Positions 1 through 9,899 of a stretch of DNA of 60,802 nucleotides are shown in pieces. A model generated the notes under the pieces. The model did no database searches. It was not told the origin of the DNA and saw nothing but the letters and a program-made list of their open reading frames with translations. Numbering within the stretch: the first letter of the stretch is position 1; every line of letters begins with the position of its first letter. A program made the position numbers and the translations under genes. The DNA is from a virus (Duplodnaviria > Caudoviricetes), in the IMG/VR virus record IMGVR_UViG_3300025127_000031, positions 1-60,802 of that record. One strand, written 5' to 3'.

Positions 1-455
1 TCATAGTAACCAGGGAAAAAATTCTCATCTAATAATCCTACTTTCTCAATAAGACTTGGAGTAAAAATAAATCCACACATATCATCAATACCTACTCCTA
101 AAAAAACACCATCTTTAAAATTAGTGTTCAATAGCTTTTGATACTGGCCTTTTGCTACCCACCAATCAAAACCAGTTACAATCCAATGATTACAATCAGT
201 ATTATCACGGATAATTTGATTGACTGCCCCAGGGTATCCTGAGTTCTGGTTATTGCTGACGACAACAATTTCTTCTATATGGTCTGGCTTTGAGTCGCAA
301 ATAAGATCAATGGCTTCGTCTACGGACGGATCTACGTTCATTGAATTATCAAGAATATAGTAACGCTTGACAGGAATATCAATTGTTTTAAAATGCCGCA
401 CTAATTTTTCACCTTGGACCATGACTGGCACAGCAATTAGATCCAAGCTTTTCAT
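1..455 (-). CDS. Glycosyltransferase family 2-like protein, truncated by the left window edge
   Basis: Not in ORF track. ATG at 455 reads MKSLDLIAVPVM...YYILDNS...NNQNSGYPGAVN...IEKVGLLDENFFPGYY and runs off the edge; the IDN, NxGxxxAxN and GxxDExFF..Y motifs are typical of GT-A/GT2. Confidence 0.75.
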   Translation of the reverse strand, partial: MKSLDLIAVPVMVQGEKLVRHFKTIDIPVKRYYILDNSMNVDPSVDEAIDLICDSKPDHIEEIVVVSNNQNSGYPGAVNQIIRDNTDCNHWIVTGFDWWVAKGQYQKLLNTNFKDGVFLGVGIDDMCGFIFTPSLIEKVGLLDENFFPGYY

Positions 456-495
456 TAATTTCAAGCTACAATAAAATTAATATACACAACTGACT

Positions 496-1344
496 GTGGT
501 TGATACGGATAAATCAGCAACTGTATACGAACTTTATAATGAAGATCCAGATTCATTTCTTGAATTAAACACAAAGCCTGCACGTGTTGTTATTAATGGT
601 AAACGCCATTATGAAACACCGTTCCAAACAGGTCCAGCTGCTTCTGTTACTACCATTATTTCTGAGACAGCGTCTGAAGCCAATAAGAAGAAGTTAGAGA
701 TGTGGGCAAAATCGAACCCCGGTGTGAAAGAAGCTGCAGCAGAACGTGGTACTGCGATACATAGCTGTATGGAGATGTTCCTGAAGAAAGAAGTCTTTGA
801 CGTTCCTGAGGAGTATCAAGAATTTTGGACTGGTATGCCTGAGATTCTCGAACAATTTGACGAAGTGCTCTGGGCAGAAACACCCTTGCAGGATGACTAT
901 CAATTCGCTTTATCCGAAGACGGGATTGGGAGAGTGTGGGGGCGGGATGAGGAAGAGAGACCATGGGTTGGCAGTCCTGACATTATTGGTATTGCTAACG
1001 GCAAACTAACGCTTGCTGACCTCAAAACAAGTGTCAAACCATACTGTCGTTGGTGGCCTAAAGATTTTGAAAAGGGTTCCCAGGAGTGGCGGACCCGTTT
1101 GGGTGGTTACATGAAATTTAAAAAATGCTGTCTACAACTGGGTGCTTATGCCTTAGGCATTGAGCAAACACTAAATCTTAAAGTCGAACAGGCAGCTATT
1201 ATTGTGTCAACACCTGCTGACACACAGCTATTTAAAATTTCTCGTCGTCATCTTGACTATTGCCAAAAAGACTGGTTAAAAATTGTAGAAGAATATTACA
1301 AACAAATTAATAATTGTATTGTTTATGACTTAGATAATATTTAG
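496..1344 (+). CDS. PD-(D/E)xK exonuclease (RecB/Cas4-like)
   Basis: SVTTI, RGTAIH, GSPDIIG...ADLKTS and QLGAY motifs. Confidence 0.8.
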   Translation: MVDTDKSATVYELYNEDPDSFLELNTKPARVVINGKRHYETPFQTGPAASVTTIISETASEANKKKLEMWAKSNPGVKEAAAERGTAIHSCMEMFLKKEVFDVPEEYQEFWTGMPEILEQFDEVLWAETPLQDDYQFALSEDGIGRVWGRDEEERPWVGSPDIIGIANGKLTLADLKTSVKPYCRWWPKDFEKGSQEWRTRLGGYMKFKKCCLQLGAYALGIEQTLNLKVEQAAIIVSTPADTQLFKISRRHLDYCQKDWLKIVEEYYKQINNCIVYDLDNI

Positions 1345-2402
1345 AGAAAGTCAAACGTAAGATATTTATTTTCAACTTTCTTCCCTACTTTTCCACCTCC
1401 ATCTATAAAATCGTTTAAAAACTTTTTGATTTCTTCTTCTGTTGCGCCTGTAGCTTCTAATTCTTTCATTTCTTTTTTATCAAATTTATTTCCATAATCT
1501 TTGGTAATACCACCGAAAACACCAAGCTTATTATAAACTTTGTCAGTAACTCTGCCACCTCCTTTAGTGTAATCAACTAAAAAGCTTTCAATTTCTTCAG
1601 CTGAAGCTCCACCTCTTTTTGTAGCTCTTAAATCTTTATTGGTAAATACATTACCAAAACGATCTTCTACTTTATCTGTTAATTCAAAACTTGTTTGAGG
1701 TTTTTGGCCTGGTAAATATCCTGTTTCCCACGCATCTACAATTCGCTCTGCCTCAGATTGTCTATTAACATTACTAATATCTAAAGCTTTTCCCCATCGT
1801 TTTATTTGTGCTTTACTCATACCTGCATCAAGCATAGGTTGAATTTCTTTCTTATCTCCATCTGTTCTCATATACTCGTCATAACCTTTTCCATCAAATG
1901 AAATTGATTTGTCTTGCCAATCTTCGTCTTTTAAACCTTTTTGTCCTGTTTTTACTTCTTTAAATACCTTATCAGGTAATTTTAATTTTTCAATTTCTTC
2001 TTTATAAGGTTCTTCTTCTTTTTTAGGTGTTTGATTTGCTTTATTTTCTTCTTCTACTTCGTCTAAAAATCCTGCACCATAAGCTCCTGGTACATAACTA
2101 TCAATATCAGACTGTAGTCCTGTCATATAAGCATCTAGATCAAAACCACCGGTACTTGTCCCCCCTGTATCAGGAACAACATCTGTAAGAGTTGCTACTG
2201 TTTCACTAAGAATTTCTTCTGGTGTTTTTTGCGGAGTGCTTCCATAATTACTTCTGCTATCTCCTAATGTAATATTGCGACCACCAAAAGTAGCATTCAT
2301 ATCGACTTCATTGCCTGCTTCATCATAAAAAGTTTTTCTTTCTGGTTCATACATCCCAGTGGCATCATTGTAAACAACGCCTTCTATACCGGTATAAGAC
2401 AC
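1341..2402 (-). CDS. Hypothetical protein with two ~50-aa C-terminal repeats
   Basis: 353-aa ORF; FGNVF...GASAEEIESFLVDYTKGGGRV and YGNKF...GATEEEIKKFLNDFIDGGGKV. Confidence 0.7.
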   Translation of the reverse strand: MSYTGIEGVVYNDATGMYEPERKTFYDEAGNEVDMNATFGGRNITLGDSRSNYGSTPQKTPEEILSETVATLTDVVPDTGGTSTGGFDLDAYMTGLQSDIDSYVPGAYGAGFLDEVEEENKANQTPKKEEEPYKEEIEKLKLPDKVFKEVKTGQKGLKDEDWQDKSISFDGKGYDEYMRTDGDKKEIQPMLDAGMSKAQIKRWGKALDISNVNRQSEAERIVDAWETGYLPGQKPQTSFELTDKVEDRFGNVFTNKDLRATKRGGASAEEIESFLVDYTKGGGRVTDKVYNKLGVFGGITKDYGNKFDKKEMKELEATGATEEEIKKFLNDFIDGGGKVGKKVENKYLTFDFL

Positions 2403-2517
2403 AATTTAAGTCCTTTATGATTTTATTATTCTAAATCAATTAATTAATAATTTTTATATCGAACTATTTTCAGATGTAAAGACCGTAGGATAATAAGACA
2501 AAACAACTCAAAACCCC

Positions 2518-2691
2518 ATGGAGCACCGCATCGCAATGGGGCAGTGGATTGCACATCTCACTTGCATCATGGCATCTGCTCATGATGGAGACTGCTTTTT
2601 ATTGCCTTCATATGCACATCTTCATGCTTATGAAATAACAAAAAACTCTGCATCTAAACAAAAAAGTTTTACAGTAAGGATCGAACTATGA
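2518..2691 (+). CDS. Small hypothetical protein (57 aa)
   Basis: Below ORF-track cutoff; MEHRIAMGQWIAHL...; ATGA overlap with the primase start. Confidence 0.55.
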   Translation: MEHRIAMGQWIAHLTCIMASAHDGDCFLLPSYAHLHAYEITKNSASKQKSFTVRIEL

Positions 2692-5303
2692 GTCTGATGT
2701 CAAACCAAAATTTCAATGCACTAGAACCAGGTCAGATTAATCTTTCTTTAATTCCTGTTGATTGGCCGCTTACTCCTTTAGGAAATAATAAAAATCCTTA
2801 CGTTTCTGGTTGGCAAAATAAACCATTTACTGTAAATGATATCGCGCATGAAATTGAAGAGGGTCTTTGTAAAGCTGTTGGTCTATTGAGTGGACCTGTT
2901 TACAATGAACCTTATGGTTTTGTTTGGGTTGATATCGATGGTCCTAGTGTTTATGAAAAAATTAAAGAGCTTTCAGGTTCTTCTGTTGAAGAAGCTTTGC
3001 CTTCTACGTTGACCATTTGCTCAGGTAAAGAAGGGCGAGAACGAAAACTATACAAAGCACCCAAGCAGATTTGGAAACATTTTGTTCGTAATAAATATTG
3101 CTGGCATGCCAGTGTTGATCGTGAAAAACTTGAAATTCTTTGGCAGCGGCACCAAGGAGTGCTAATGGGTGCTCATCCTGATACAGAAGGATATTACACA
3201 AAAGACGGTCAAGATTTTAATTTTATTGAAAAAATTCCTAATTTACCTCCTTGGATTCTTACTGAAATTGCAATTAAAAATAAAAAACAAGGTTCTCCTA
3301 CTGAATCAGTGGGTCGTGTTTATGGACCAAACTTTGCTATTAATACCACAATTGGTTTAGAACGAACAATTAAAGAAGCTGTTGATGCTTTATGGAAATT
3401 ACCTCCAGAAGCAGCTGATGATTATGATGTCTGGATTACAATTGGTCAATCTCTTCATTCTGTTGATGATTCTCTTTTAGAGCAATGGGATGAATGGTCT
3501 AAGCAATCAGAAAAATACAAAGAAGGTGAGTGTCATCGTCGCTGGCTTTCTTTTTCAAAAAAAGGTGGTCGTGGTATCGGATCTCTTTTTCACTTGGCTA
3601 AAGAACATGGATTTGAATTTGATGAAAATTATCGCGGTTTAAATGTTGATGACACGTTATTAGAGTATACAGTTCAATGTTTAGAAGAAGCTGAAAAAAG
3701 TAATAGTATGTCTCCAATGAATGCAGTTTTAAATTCTTTGACTTCATCTGTTGAGCCAAAGGTTTCATTTACTCGCCCTAAAAAAGAAGAACGTAAACGT
3801 AATAAGTCTGATGATATTATTGCAAACATTCTTTTAGGTATGTACAACGGAAACTTTTTGTACTCAAAAGGGCATGAAGAATTTTTTATGTATGAAAAAA
3901 CATCTCCTGGACTTTGGTCCCCACTTAATGAACTAGAAGCAAAGGCAGATATTTATGAAAAATTAAACATTCTTAAGGAAGAGCATTTGCCTAGGGGATT
4001 TGGTTCAAAACTTATTAATGACATCTACAACTTACTGAAGATGCAACTGAATTTTGATTCTTGGAATGAGAATAAAAACATGTTGCTTTTTAAAAATGGT
4101 GTATTAGATGTTTCTTCGTTAGGCTTAATGCCTGTTCAAAGAGAATTTTATTTAACTCAACTGCTGCCATATGAGTACGATCCACATGCAGAGTGTGAAG
4201 CCATTATTAAATGGTTGAAGTTTACACAAGACAATGACTGGGGTCGTGTCCAGGTTCTACGTGCATGGTTGCGTGCTGTTCTTTTAAGTTCATCTGACAT
4301 CCAAAAGTTTGTTGAAATTGTTGGTCCCGGTAAGTCAGGTAAATCGACTTATGCCAATCTTTGTAATGCTTTGGTGGGAGATGAAAATACAACAATATCA
4401 ACTTTGGAACACCTTGAAAAAAACAGATTTGAAACAGCAAACCTTTATAAAAAGAAACTACTTCTTTTTAATGATGTTGAGCGTTATGGCGGTAGTGTTT
4501 CTATCTTGAAGGCACTGACTGGTCGTGATCTTCTCCGGAATGAGCACAAATATCAAACAGGTAAACAAAAACCATTTAAGTTTGATGGCTTGTGCATGAT
4601 TACTGCTAACGAACCAATCCAAACAACGGATCCTACTTCAGGTTTGGCACGTCGTCGTCTCACGATTCCATTTAATAATCCGTTCCGTGGTAGCGCAAAA
4701 GAACAAAAAACCTTGATTGATATGGATGATCAAGGAAATGCATTTGGTGAATTTGCTCCAATGCTTCCGGGTTTGGTCAACTGGTTATTGGATATGTCTC
4801 ATGATCAAATGCGGGAATATCTAATGGAAACTACCAAGCACGTTAAGTTCTTTTCTGATTACACTATTGATCAACAACTTAAATCAAACCCTGTTAAAGA
4901 CTGGATGCATCACTGTCTTGTCTTTGAACTCAATACATCTGCTCAAATCGGCTTTAAGAAGTTTGCCCCCCAGGGGAGTTCAACTCATTACGCCAAAACT
5001 AATGAGTGGCTATACGCTAGTTATTGTGAATTCTGCATGAATTCCAACAACAACATCATGTCTCGCTCACGTTTTGAGTCACTTTTAGTAGACATTTTTA
5101 ATCATCAACTACATTTAAATATTTATGTTCGTCGCAATACAAAAGGTTTACGTGTCTTCAATGTTGCTATTAGAACAGGTCAACAACGTTTTGATAGTTA
5201 TCCATCATTGATTGATTTAGGTGAAAACCCTGAACGCTATAAAGACTTTTATGGACAAATTGATGTTGGGTACAAGCAACACCTACCTAATAATCAAGAT
5301 TAA
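2688..5303 (+). CDS. Primase-polymerase / PriCT-2 / D5-like SF3 helicase
   Basis: N-terminal Prim-Pol (WPLTP..KNP..GWQ, VDID), PriCT-2 (DYDVWITIGQSLH..WDEWSKQS.KY), Walker A GPGKSGKST, ITANE, RRRLTIPF. Confidence 0.9.
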   Translation: MSLMSNQNFNALEPGQINLSLIPVDWPLTPLGNNKNPYVSGWQNKPFTVNDIAHEIEEGLCKAVGLLSGPVYNEPYGFVWVDIDGPSVYEKIKELSGSSVEEALPSTLTICSGKEGRERKLYKAPKQIWKHFVRNKYCWHASVDREKLEILWQRHQGVLMGAHPDTEGYYTKDGQDFNFIEKIPNLPPWILTEIAIKNKKQGSPTESVGRVYGPNFAINTTIGLERTIKEAVDALWKLPPEAADDYDVWITIGQSLHSVDDSLLEQWDEWSKQSEKYKEGECHRRWLSFSKKGGRGIGSLFHLAKEHGFEFDENYRGLNVDDTLLEYTVQCLEEAEKSNSMSPMNAVLNSLTSSVEPKVSFTRPKKEERKRNKSDDIIANILLGMYNGNFLYSKGHEEFFMYEKTSPGLWSPLNELEAKADIYEKLNILKEEHLPRGFGSKLINDIYNLLKMQLNFDSWNENKNMLLFKNGVLDVSSLGLMPVQREFYLTQLLPYEYDPHAECEAIIKWLKFTQDNDWGRVQVLRAWLRAVLLSSSDIQKFVEIVGPGKSGKSTYANLCNALVGDENTTISTLEHLEKNRFETANLYKKKLLLFNDVERYGGSVSILKALTGRDLLRNEHKYQTGKQKPFKFDGLCMITANEPIQTTDPTSGLARRRLTIPFNNPFRGSAKEQKTLIDMDDQGNAFGEFAPMLPGLVNWLLDMSHDQMREYLMETTKHVKFFSDYTIDQQLKSNPVKDWMHHCLVFELNTSAQIGFKKFAPQGSSTHYAKTNEWLYASYCEFCMNSNNNIMSRSRFESLLVDIFNHQLHLNIYVRRNTKGLRVFNVAIRTGQQRFDSYPSLIDLGENPERYKDFYGQIDVGYKQHLPNNQD

Positions 5304-5334
5304 TTGTTATAGTTAGATCAGTTTTTATGATCTA

Positions 5335-6591
5335 ATGTCTAACAAGCCGAAGATTTTGTGGTCGGGTGATATTGTTGCCCGTACAGGTTTTGCACGTGTT
5401 ACTGAAAACCTAATCACTAGGCTAAAAGATCGATATGAAATTGTTGTTTTAGGCAATAACTGGTGGGGAGATCCCAATGAATTTCAAGCAGATTTTAAAA
5501 TGTATCCTTCATCCAATCGGTTCCAGACAGAACCTTTTGGTGTTCAGCGTATTCGTGAAACAGTAGAAAAAGAACAACCTAATTTGATCTTTGTTAACAA
5601 TGATGCCTGGATTGTTAATCAACTGTATAGCCAAATCAAAGATTATCACGATGCCGGTAAGTTTAAATTTGTAGCTTACATGCCAATGGACAGCTACGGC
5701 TGGACCGGTTGTTTGACTGATCATGCTGGTAGTTGGGATGGAATCGTTGTCTATACAGAATTTGGTGCTCGTGAATTCCATGCTGCTGGTATTGCTAAGC
5801 CAATCACTGTTATCCCTCATGGTGTAACAGATGGTCAATTCTTCCCTCTTGATAAAATCGAGTGTCGTAAAAAATTAAATCTGGCAGAGGATGGTTTTAT
5901 TGTTTTTAATGGCAACCGTAATCAAGCACGGAAGCGTATTGATATCACGATTGATGCTTTTGCTGAATTTGCTATTGGTCGTCCTGATACCAAGCTTTAC
6001 CTTCATATGGGCAAGAAGGACCAGGGTTGGGATGTGATGCATTTGTTTGGTCGTGAGATGCGTAAGCGTGGCCTCGATCCCAACGGTCGAATCATCATGA
6101 CTACCGATACTCCCCAGCCTCCTTCAGTTGACATTGGCTTGCTCAATATCATCTATAACGCCTGTGATGTGGGCGTTAACACCTGTAAAGGAGAAGGTCA
6201 TGGTCTAGTCAACCATGAGCATGCAGCTTGTGGTGTCGCCCAGGTGGTGCCCAACCACACGTCTTGTAAGGAGATCTTCGAGGGGGCTGCACCCTTGATC
6301 GATAATTGTTTTATCGATGTGGACATGAACTACAACCGGGACATGCCAGTGCCCAGTGCTGAGCATCTAACTGAGATTTTAGTGGAGCTGTACGAAGACA
6401 GGACATTGCTTAAGCAAGTTGGAGCTGACTGTTTCCAGCGGGCAACAAATTCCAAATATCAGTGGGACACCATTGCAGAGCAATTCAACGAGGTATTTGA
6501 AGAGACGTTGAAAGACCCAATTGAGATTGATAAGCCTGTAGTACGCAAGCCCAAGCGACGTAAAAAGAAGAAGAAAGCTGTAGCAGCCTGA
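5335..6591 (+). CDS. Glycosyltransferase family 4 (GT-B)
   Basis: TGFARV, IPHGV, NRNQARKRID, IYNACDV, EGHGLVNHEHAACG. Confidence 0.88.
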   Translation: MSNKPKILWSGDIVARTGFARVTENLITRLKDRYEIVVLGNNWWGDPNEFQADFKMYPSSNRFQTEPFGVQRIRETVEKEQPNLIFVNNDAWIVNQLYSQIKDYHDAGKFKFVAYMPMDSYGWTGCLTDHAGSWDGIVVYTEFGAREFHAAGIAKPITVIPHGVTDGQFFPLDKIECRKKLNLAEDGFIVFNGNRNQARKRIDITIDAFAEFAIGRPDTKLYLHMGKKDQGWDVMHLFGREMRKRGLDPNGRIIMTTDTPQPPSVDIGLLNIIYNACDVGVNTCKGEGHGLVNHEHAACGVAQVVPNHTSCKEIFEGAAPLIDNCFIDVDMNYNRDMPVPSAEHLTEILVELYEDRTLLKQVGADCFQRATNSKYQWDTIAEQFNEVFEETLKDPIEIDKPVVRKPKRRKKKKKAVAA

Positions 6592-6626
6592 ACTTTTTGG
6601 GGCCTTTTGGGTCCCAATTTTTTTGT

Positions 6627-6943
6627 AGGGCGGAGTTTGGTTGTCTCATTTCAATCTCAGCCCTGCTGTAATCCATTGTGTTGGAAGGGGTTCCAGCTAT
6701 TAGGGCGGATCTCGACCCCCTTAAACCTCTTAGTTCTAGTTCAACGACCCTTTTGGTACACCTTAATGGTTGACAGTTTTGGCTGCCCAAAAGGTACACC
6801 AAAAAGGTACACCAAAAAGGTCGTTGTGACTAGAATAAATAAAAATAAGGAGGTAAGAATGATGAGACTCACGTGAGATCCACTGCCCTGCAGTTGATTT
6901 GCATCGAAAACAAAGTCCGCCCTGAGACACCAAAGTCCGCCCT
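6627..6943. repeat. Large imperfect palindrome with iteron-like repeats; candidate replication origin
   Basis: Nested inverted pairs share an axis at ~6785: 6627-6648/6923-6943, 6734-6757/6811-6835 and central TTTTGG-CTGC-CCAAAA; tandem AAAAAGGTACACC x2.5; CAAAGTCCGCCCT x2. Confidence 0.7.
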
Positions 6944-6947
6944 CACC

Positions 6948-7646
6948 ATGGCAAACACTCTTACAAACCGTAAAAAAAGAGCAAAAAACATTTTAGATAA
7001 TTTAAATTTTAGGTATCTTCCAAACGAAGAGGATGAAACTTTAAATGCTTTAGGCTATTACAGAGGGTTTTTTTGTCCTTTTGGCCATGAAATACGTGAT
7101 AAAAAAGAACACTGGTGCTATCACTGTGTACGACGTATTCAATCAAATATCTGTGGTTTAGACATTAATTATTTGCATAATGCTTATCAACAAGATGCAA
7201 AAGATATTTTAGACTTTGTTGAAATTAAAGAGCCTCATGAGTGTTGGCCAATTCAATTAACAGCTGATGAGTATAGAAAATATGATACACCTAAAAGAAT
7301 TTCATTTCCTTCTTATCGAACTGGTCAGATGGATCGTCGTACTGATCGTGTTACTTTGCATAAAGCAATCTATACATTTACTTGGGGTGATGTAGGCAGC
7401 ATGCGTATTAGTAGACGTTGTCGAAACAAATGGTGTGGTAATCCATTGCATATGTGCTCTAGCTGGAATCGAGCCCATGTTCCAAAAGATTTTCATTACC
7501 TTGATCTTGAGTTAAACCCAAAGAAATTATTGTTAATGGCAAAACGTCATCGTCATAATTTGCCTATTGAAGAATTAATTTCTATGTCTTATCGACCAAC
7601 GATTGAAAATCCTTGTGATATTTCCCAGAAGTACAATGGAGAATAA
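6948..7646 (+). CDS. Zn-binding HNH/His-Cys-type endonuclease-like protein
   Basis: Likely start ATG 6948; YYRGFFCPFGH...WCYHC Zn motif; ECWP...LHKAIY...CRNKWCGNPLHM. Confidence 0.6.
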   Translation: MANTLTNRKKRAKNILDNLNFRYLPNEEDETLNALGYYRGFFCPFGHEIRDKKEHWCYHCVRRIQSNICGLDINYLHNAYQQDAKDILDFVEIKEPHECWPIQLTADEYRKYDTPKRISFPSYRTGQMDRRTDRVTLHKAIYTFTWGDVGSMRISRRCRNKWCGNPLHMCSSWNRAHVPKDFHYLDLELNPKKLLLMAKRHRHNLPIEELISMSYRPTIENPCDISQKYNGE

Positions 7647-7661
7647 AGCCTCTGTGGGCGA

Positions 7662-8627
7662 ATGACAGCGCAAAGAGAACGTTCACAACACAATCCTTTA
7701 AATCTGGGAACTTTTAATACTACGTCTTTACGTATGTTAAAAGGTACTTTGGGGCCAAAAAGTGAAATCATATCTGGTGGTTATGGGCGTGAAACATACA
7801 ACCACTGGTTTCAAGTTACGCTTGCTTCAGAAGCATGGATTATTTTATTTAAAGCTTCTTCTGAATTAGCAACAGGAAATAATCAATTATCAACCAGGAG
7901 ATCTCCTTTAACAACACGATTCTCTATTAGTGTTCTTGATCAAAACAAAAATCCAGTTCAAGGTCGTAATATTTTTCAAGCTGATTCGGCATTAGTACAA
8001 AACAATCGCGATAGTTTTCATACTACATTTGATAACAGCTATACCGGTCAGGTTATGGCTGCTCAAAGTGACTTATACAATACATTTAGTTCAACTAATG
8101 CAGATCGTGGGGATGATCGTTATTTTCCTTTACGAGCTGGAAATTATTTAATTTGTATTTCTGCTGATAGAAATGAAGAGTTTCAGTATGGTGTTGGTTT
8201 AGTTGTAGAGTTTCAAACTCCAAATGATGAATTATTTTTCTTATGTGAAGATACTTCTGATATTACTTATTTGATTACAGAAAATGATCTTAATGAAGCT
8301 GTTGTAGAAATTGTTCCTAATACTGTTACCAGTGGCATTACTCTATCCTCGTTGAATGGTTTTACAGAAAATCTTTGTACTATTGTTGATCCTAATGGTA
8401 TTGTTCAAGTTAACTATCAAAATTCTGATGGTAACCCACTATCTTGGTTAATTGGTCCAGATCCAGGGGACATTACAGCTGGTCGTGTTTTATTAGATGC
8501 TACTGAGAATTGGATTGATACAACACACGAACATTCATTAACAGAGTGGCGTGCAGCATGGGAGCGTGATCATTCTATGGATGATAAATTTCCTAATGTT
8601 TTCGCAACATATACTAACGTTGCCTAG
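7662..8627 (+). CDS. Hypothetical protein (321 aa)
   Basis: Long ORF with TACAAT 24 nt upstream; no recognised family. Confidence 0.75.
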   Translation: MTAQRERSQHNPLNLGTFNTTSLRMLKGTLGPKSEIISGGYGRETYNHWFQVTLASEAWIILFKASSELATGNNQLSTRRSPLTTRFSISVLDQNKNPVQGRNIFQADSALVQNNRDSFHTTFDNSYTGQVMAAQSDLYNTFSSTNADRGDDRYFPLRAGNYLICISADRNEEFQYGVGLVVEFQTPNDELFFLCEDTSDITYLITENDLNEAVVEIVPNTVTSGITLSSLNGFTENLCTIVDPNGIVQVNYQNSDGNPLSWLIGPDPGDITAGRVLLDATENWIDTTHEHSLTEWRAAWERDHSMDDKFPNVFATYTNVA

Positions 8628-8656
8628 GACTACAATAAAAATGTGTCTAAATTATT

Positions 8657-8824
8657 ATGACTACTGATTCCTTAGGCAGATTAGACCAAACTAAAGATTT
8701 AATCTCTGATTATTGGACAGGTAAAACAGAACACAAAGAAGAGATAATTAAACCTACTGAATTTTTTAAAACATATTGCGCAGTTGAACCTTGGATGCCA
8801 GAATGCAAAGAATATGATGTCTAA
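8657..8824 (+). CDS. cp12: CP12-like small protein (55 aa)
   Basis: Missed by ORF track; ends EHKEEI...YCAVEPWMPECKEYDV, matching the CP12 C-terminal C-x3-P-x3-EC-x2-YD motif. Confidence 0.6.
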   Translation: MTTDSLGRLDQTKDLISDYWTGKTEHKEEIIKPTEFFKTYCAVEPWMPECKEYDV

Positions 8825-8827
8825 TTT

Positions 8828-9562
8828 GTGTCTACTTTAATCACCAATCTTCCTCCGGTTAAGGTATGGGTACGTAAAGAATATCTTCGTGATCTTCGTG
8901 ACGGTCATGGTGAATATACTCTGGGTTATTGGACCAGTGTAAAATCTATTCCTGGGCGGGTATTTTATTTTGAAACGTTCCTCCCAGAGTACGGTGCTTT
9001 ATTTGACAAGTTACCAATTTCTGCTTTCTTGCTTTGGGACTCAGACTTTCCTGATGCCCCTGAAACACCAGCACCAGATTTACCGCTAGAAGAATTACAA
9101 TTTTGGAATTGTTTTAGTTATGACATTACCACCCTGGAAAAAAATCTTACGTTCACAATGGGATGGGAAATCAGAACCAAAACCCACGGTACTATCCCTG
9201 GCGAATATTTGTTTACTATTGACAGTTTTAATGGCGACCGCTCTAGGACTGATATCTCTTTCGCAGAGACGCCGGATGAACACAAATCCTTCAATATTAT
9301 TGGGTTGCCGAATGGTCAAATTGCAGCGTATCCCAACAACAGATGCCGTCTTGCTGACCCTTCTTTGTCCCCCGAGACGTTAAAACAACCTGACTTTCTT
9401 GTTTCAAGTCGATATTTTCAAGTTGAAAGTCCCAATGCAAAATGGGGACGCCTTGGTGAATCAGAAGAATATTTCTGGGAAACAAAAACTGAGCAAAACA
9501 AAAAACCAAATGAATATATGCTTTTTATTCCAGCGGATGATCAAGAAGAATTTGACCGGTAG
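8828..9562 (+). CDS. Conserved phage hypothetical protein
   Basis: 244-aa ORF; LITNLPP..VWVRKEYL, EHKSFN and AAYPNNR motifs recalled from marine phage proteins. Confidence 0.75.
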   Translation: MSTLITNLPPVKVWVRKEYLRDLRDGHGEYTLGYWTSVKSIPGRVFYFETFLPEYGALFDKLPISAFLLWDSDFPDAPETPAPDLPLEELQFWNCFSYDITTLEKNLTFTMGWEIRTKTHGTIPGEYLFTIDSFNGDRSRTDISFAETPDEHKSFNIIGLPNGQIAAYPNNRCRLADPSLSPETLKQPDFLVSSRYFQVESPNAKWGRLGESEEYFWETKTEQNKKPNEYMLFIPADDQEEFDR

Positions 9563-9589
9563 AATAGTGTTGTTGAGTTAAGTTTAACT

Positions 9590-9736
9590 ATGCAAGAGAT
9601 TCTTACTAATCCTATTACTTGGATTATTATTGCAGCAGCCTCTGAAATCATCGCTTTATCTCCTTTAAAAGATAACAGCATTATTCAAGTTGTATTAAAG
9701 GCTGTGCTTAAGCTTAAGCCTTCTGTAAAAAAGTAA
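9590..9736 (+). CDS. Small membrane protein (holin-like?), ends at a slippery site
   Basis: Missed by ORF track; MQEILTNPITWIIIAAASEIIALSPLKDNSIIQVVLKAVLKLKPSVKK; TAGAAT 24 nt upstream. Confidence 0.7.
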   Translation: MQEILTNPITWIIIAAASEIIALSPLKDNSIIQVVLKAVLKLKPSVKK

Positions 9737-9791
9737 AAGGCATCACTCCTGACGATGCTGTGTTTCTTGCACAGTGGTCGTTACGGAGTGA
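9727..9791 (+). promoter_or_regulatory. Candidate -1 programmed frameshift signal
   Basis: In-frame A_AAA_AAG (9727-9733), 5-nt spacer, stem GGCATC/GATGCT, loop ACTCC complementary to GGAGT (9785-9789); -1 frame open to TAA 9903. Confidence 0.6.
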
Positions 9792-9899
9792 CAAACAACG
9801 CATTAAAGATGAAATAAAACGTCGTAAAAACATGGCTTTAACAAGTCATCGGATTGATGAAGCTATTCGTAAATACAAAGAAGAAACAGGCTGGGATGA

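Noticed and set aside
6607-6876. 89-aa ORF (and antisense 6485-6802)
   Set aside because: Lies in the palindromic repeat region, TTG start, no protein-like features
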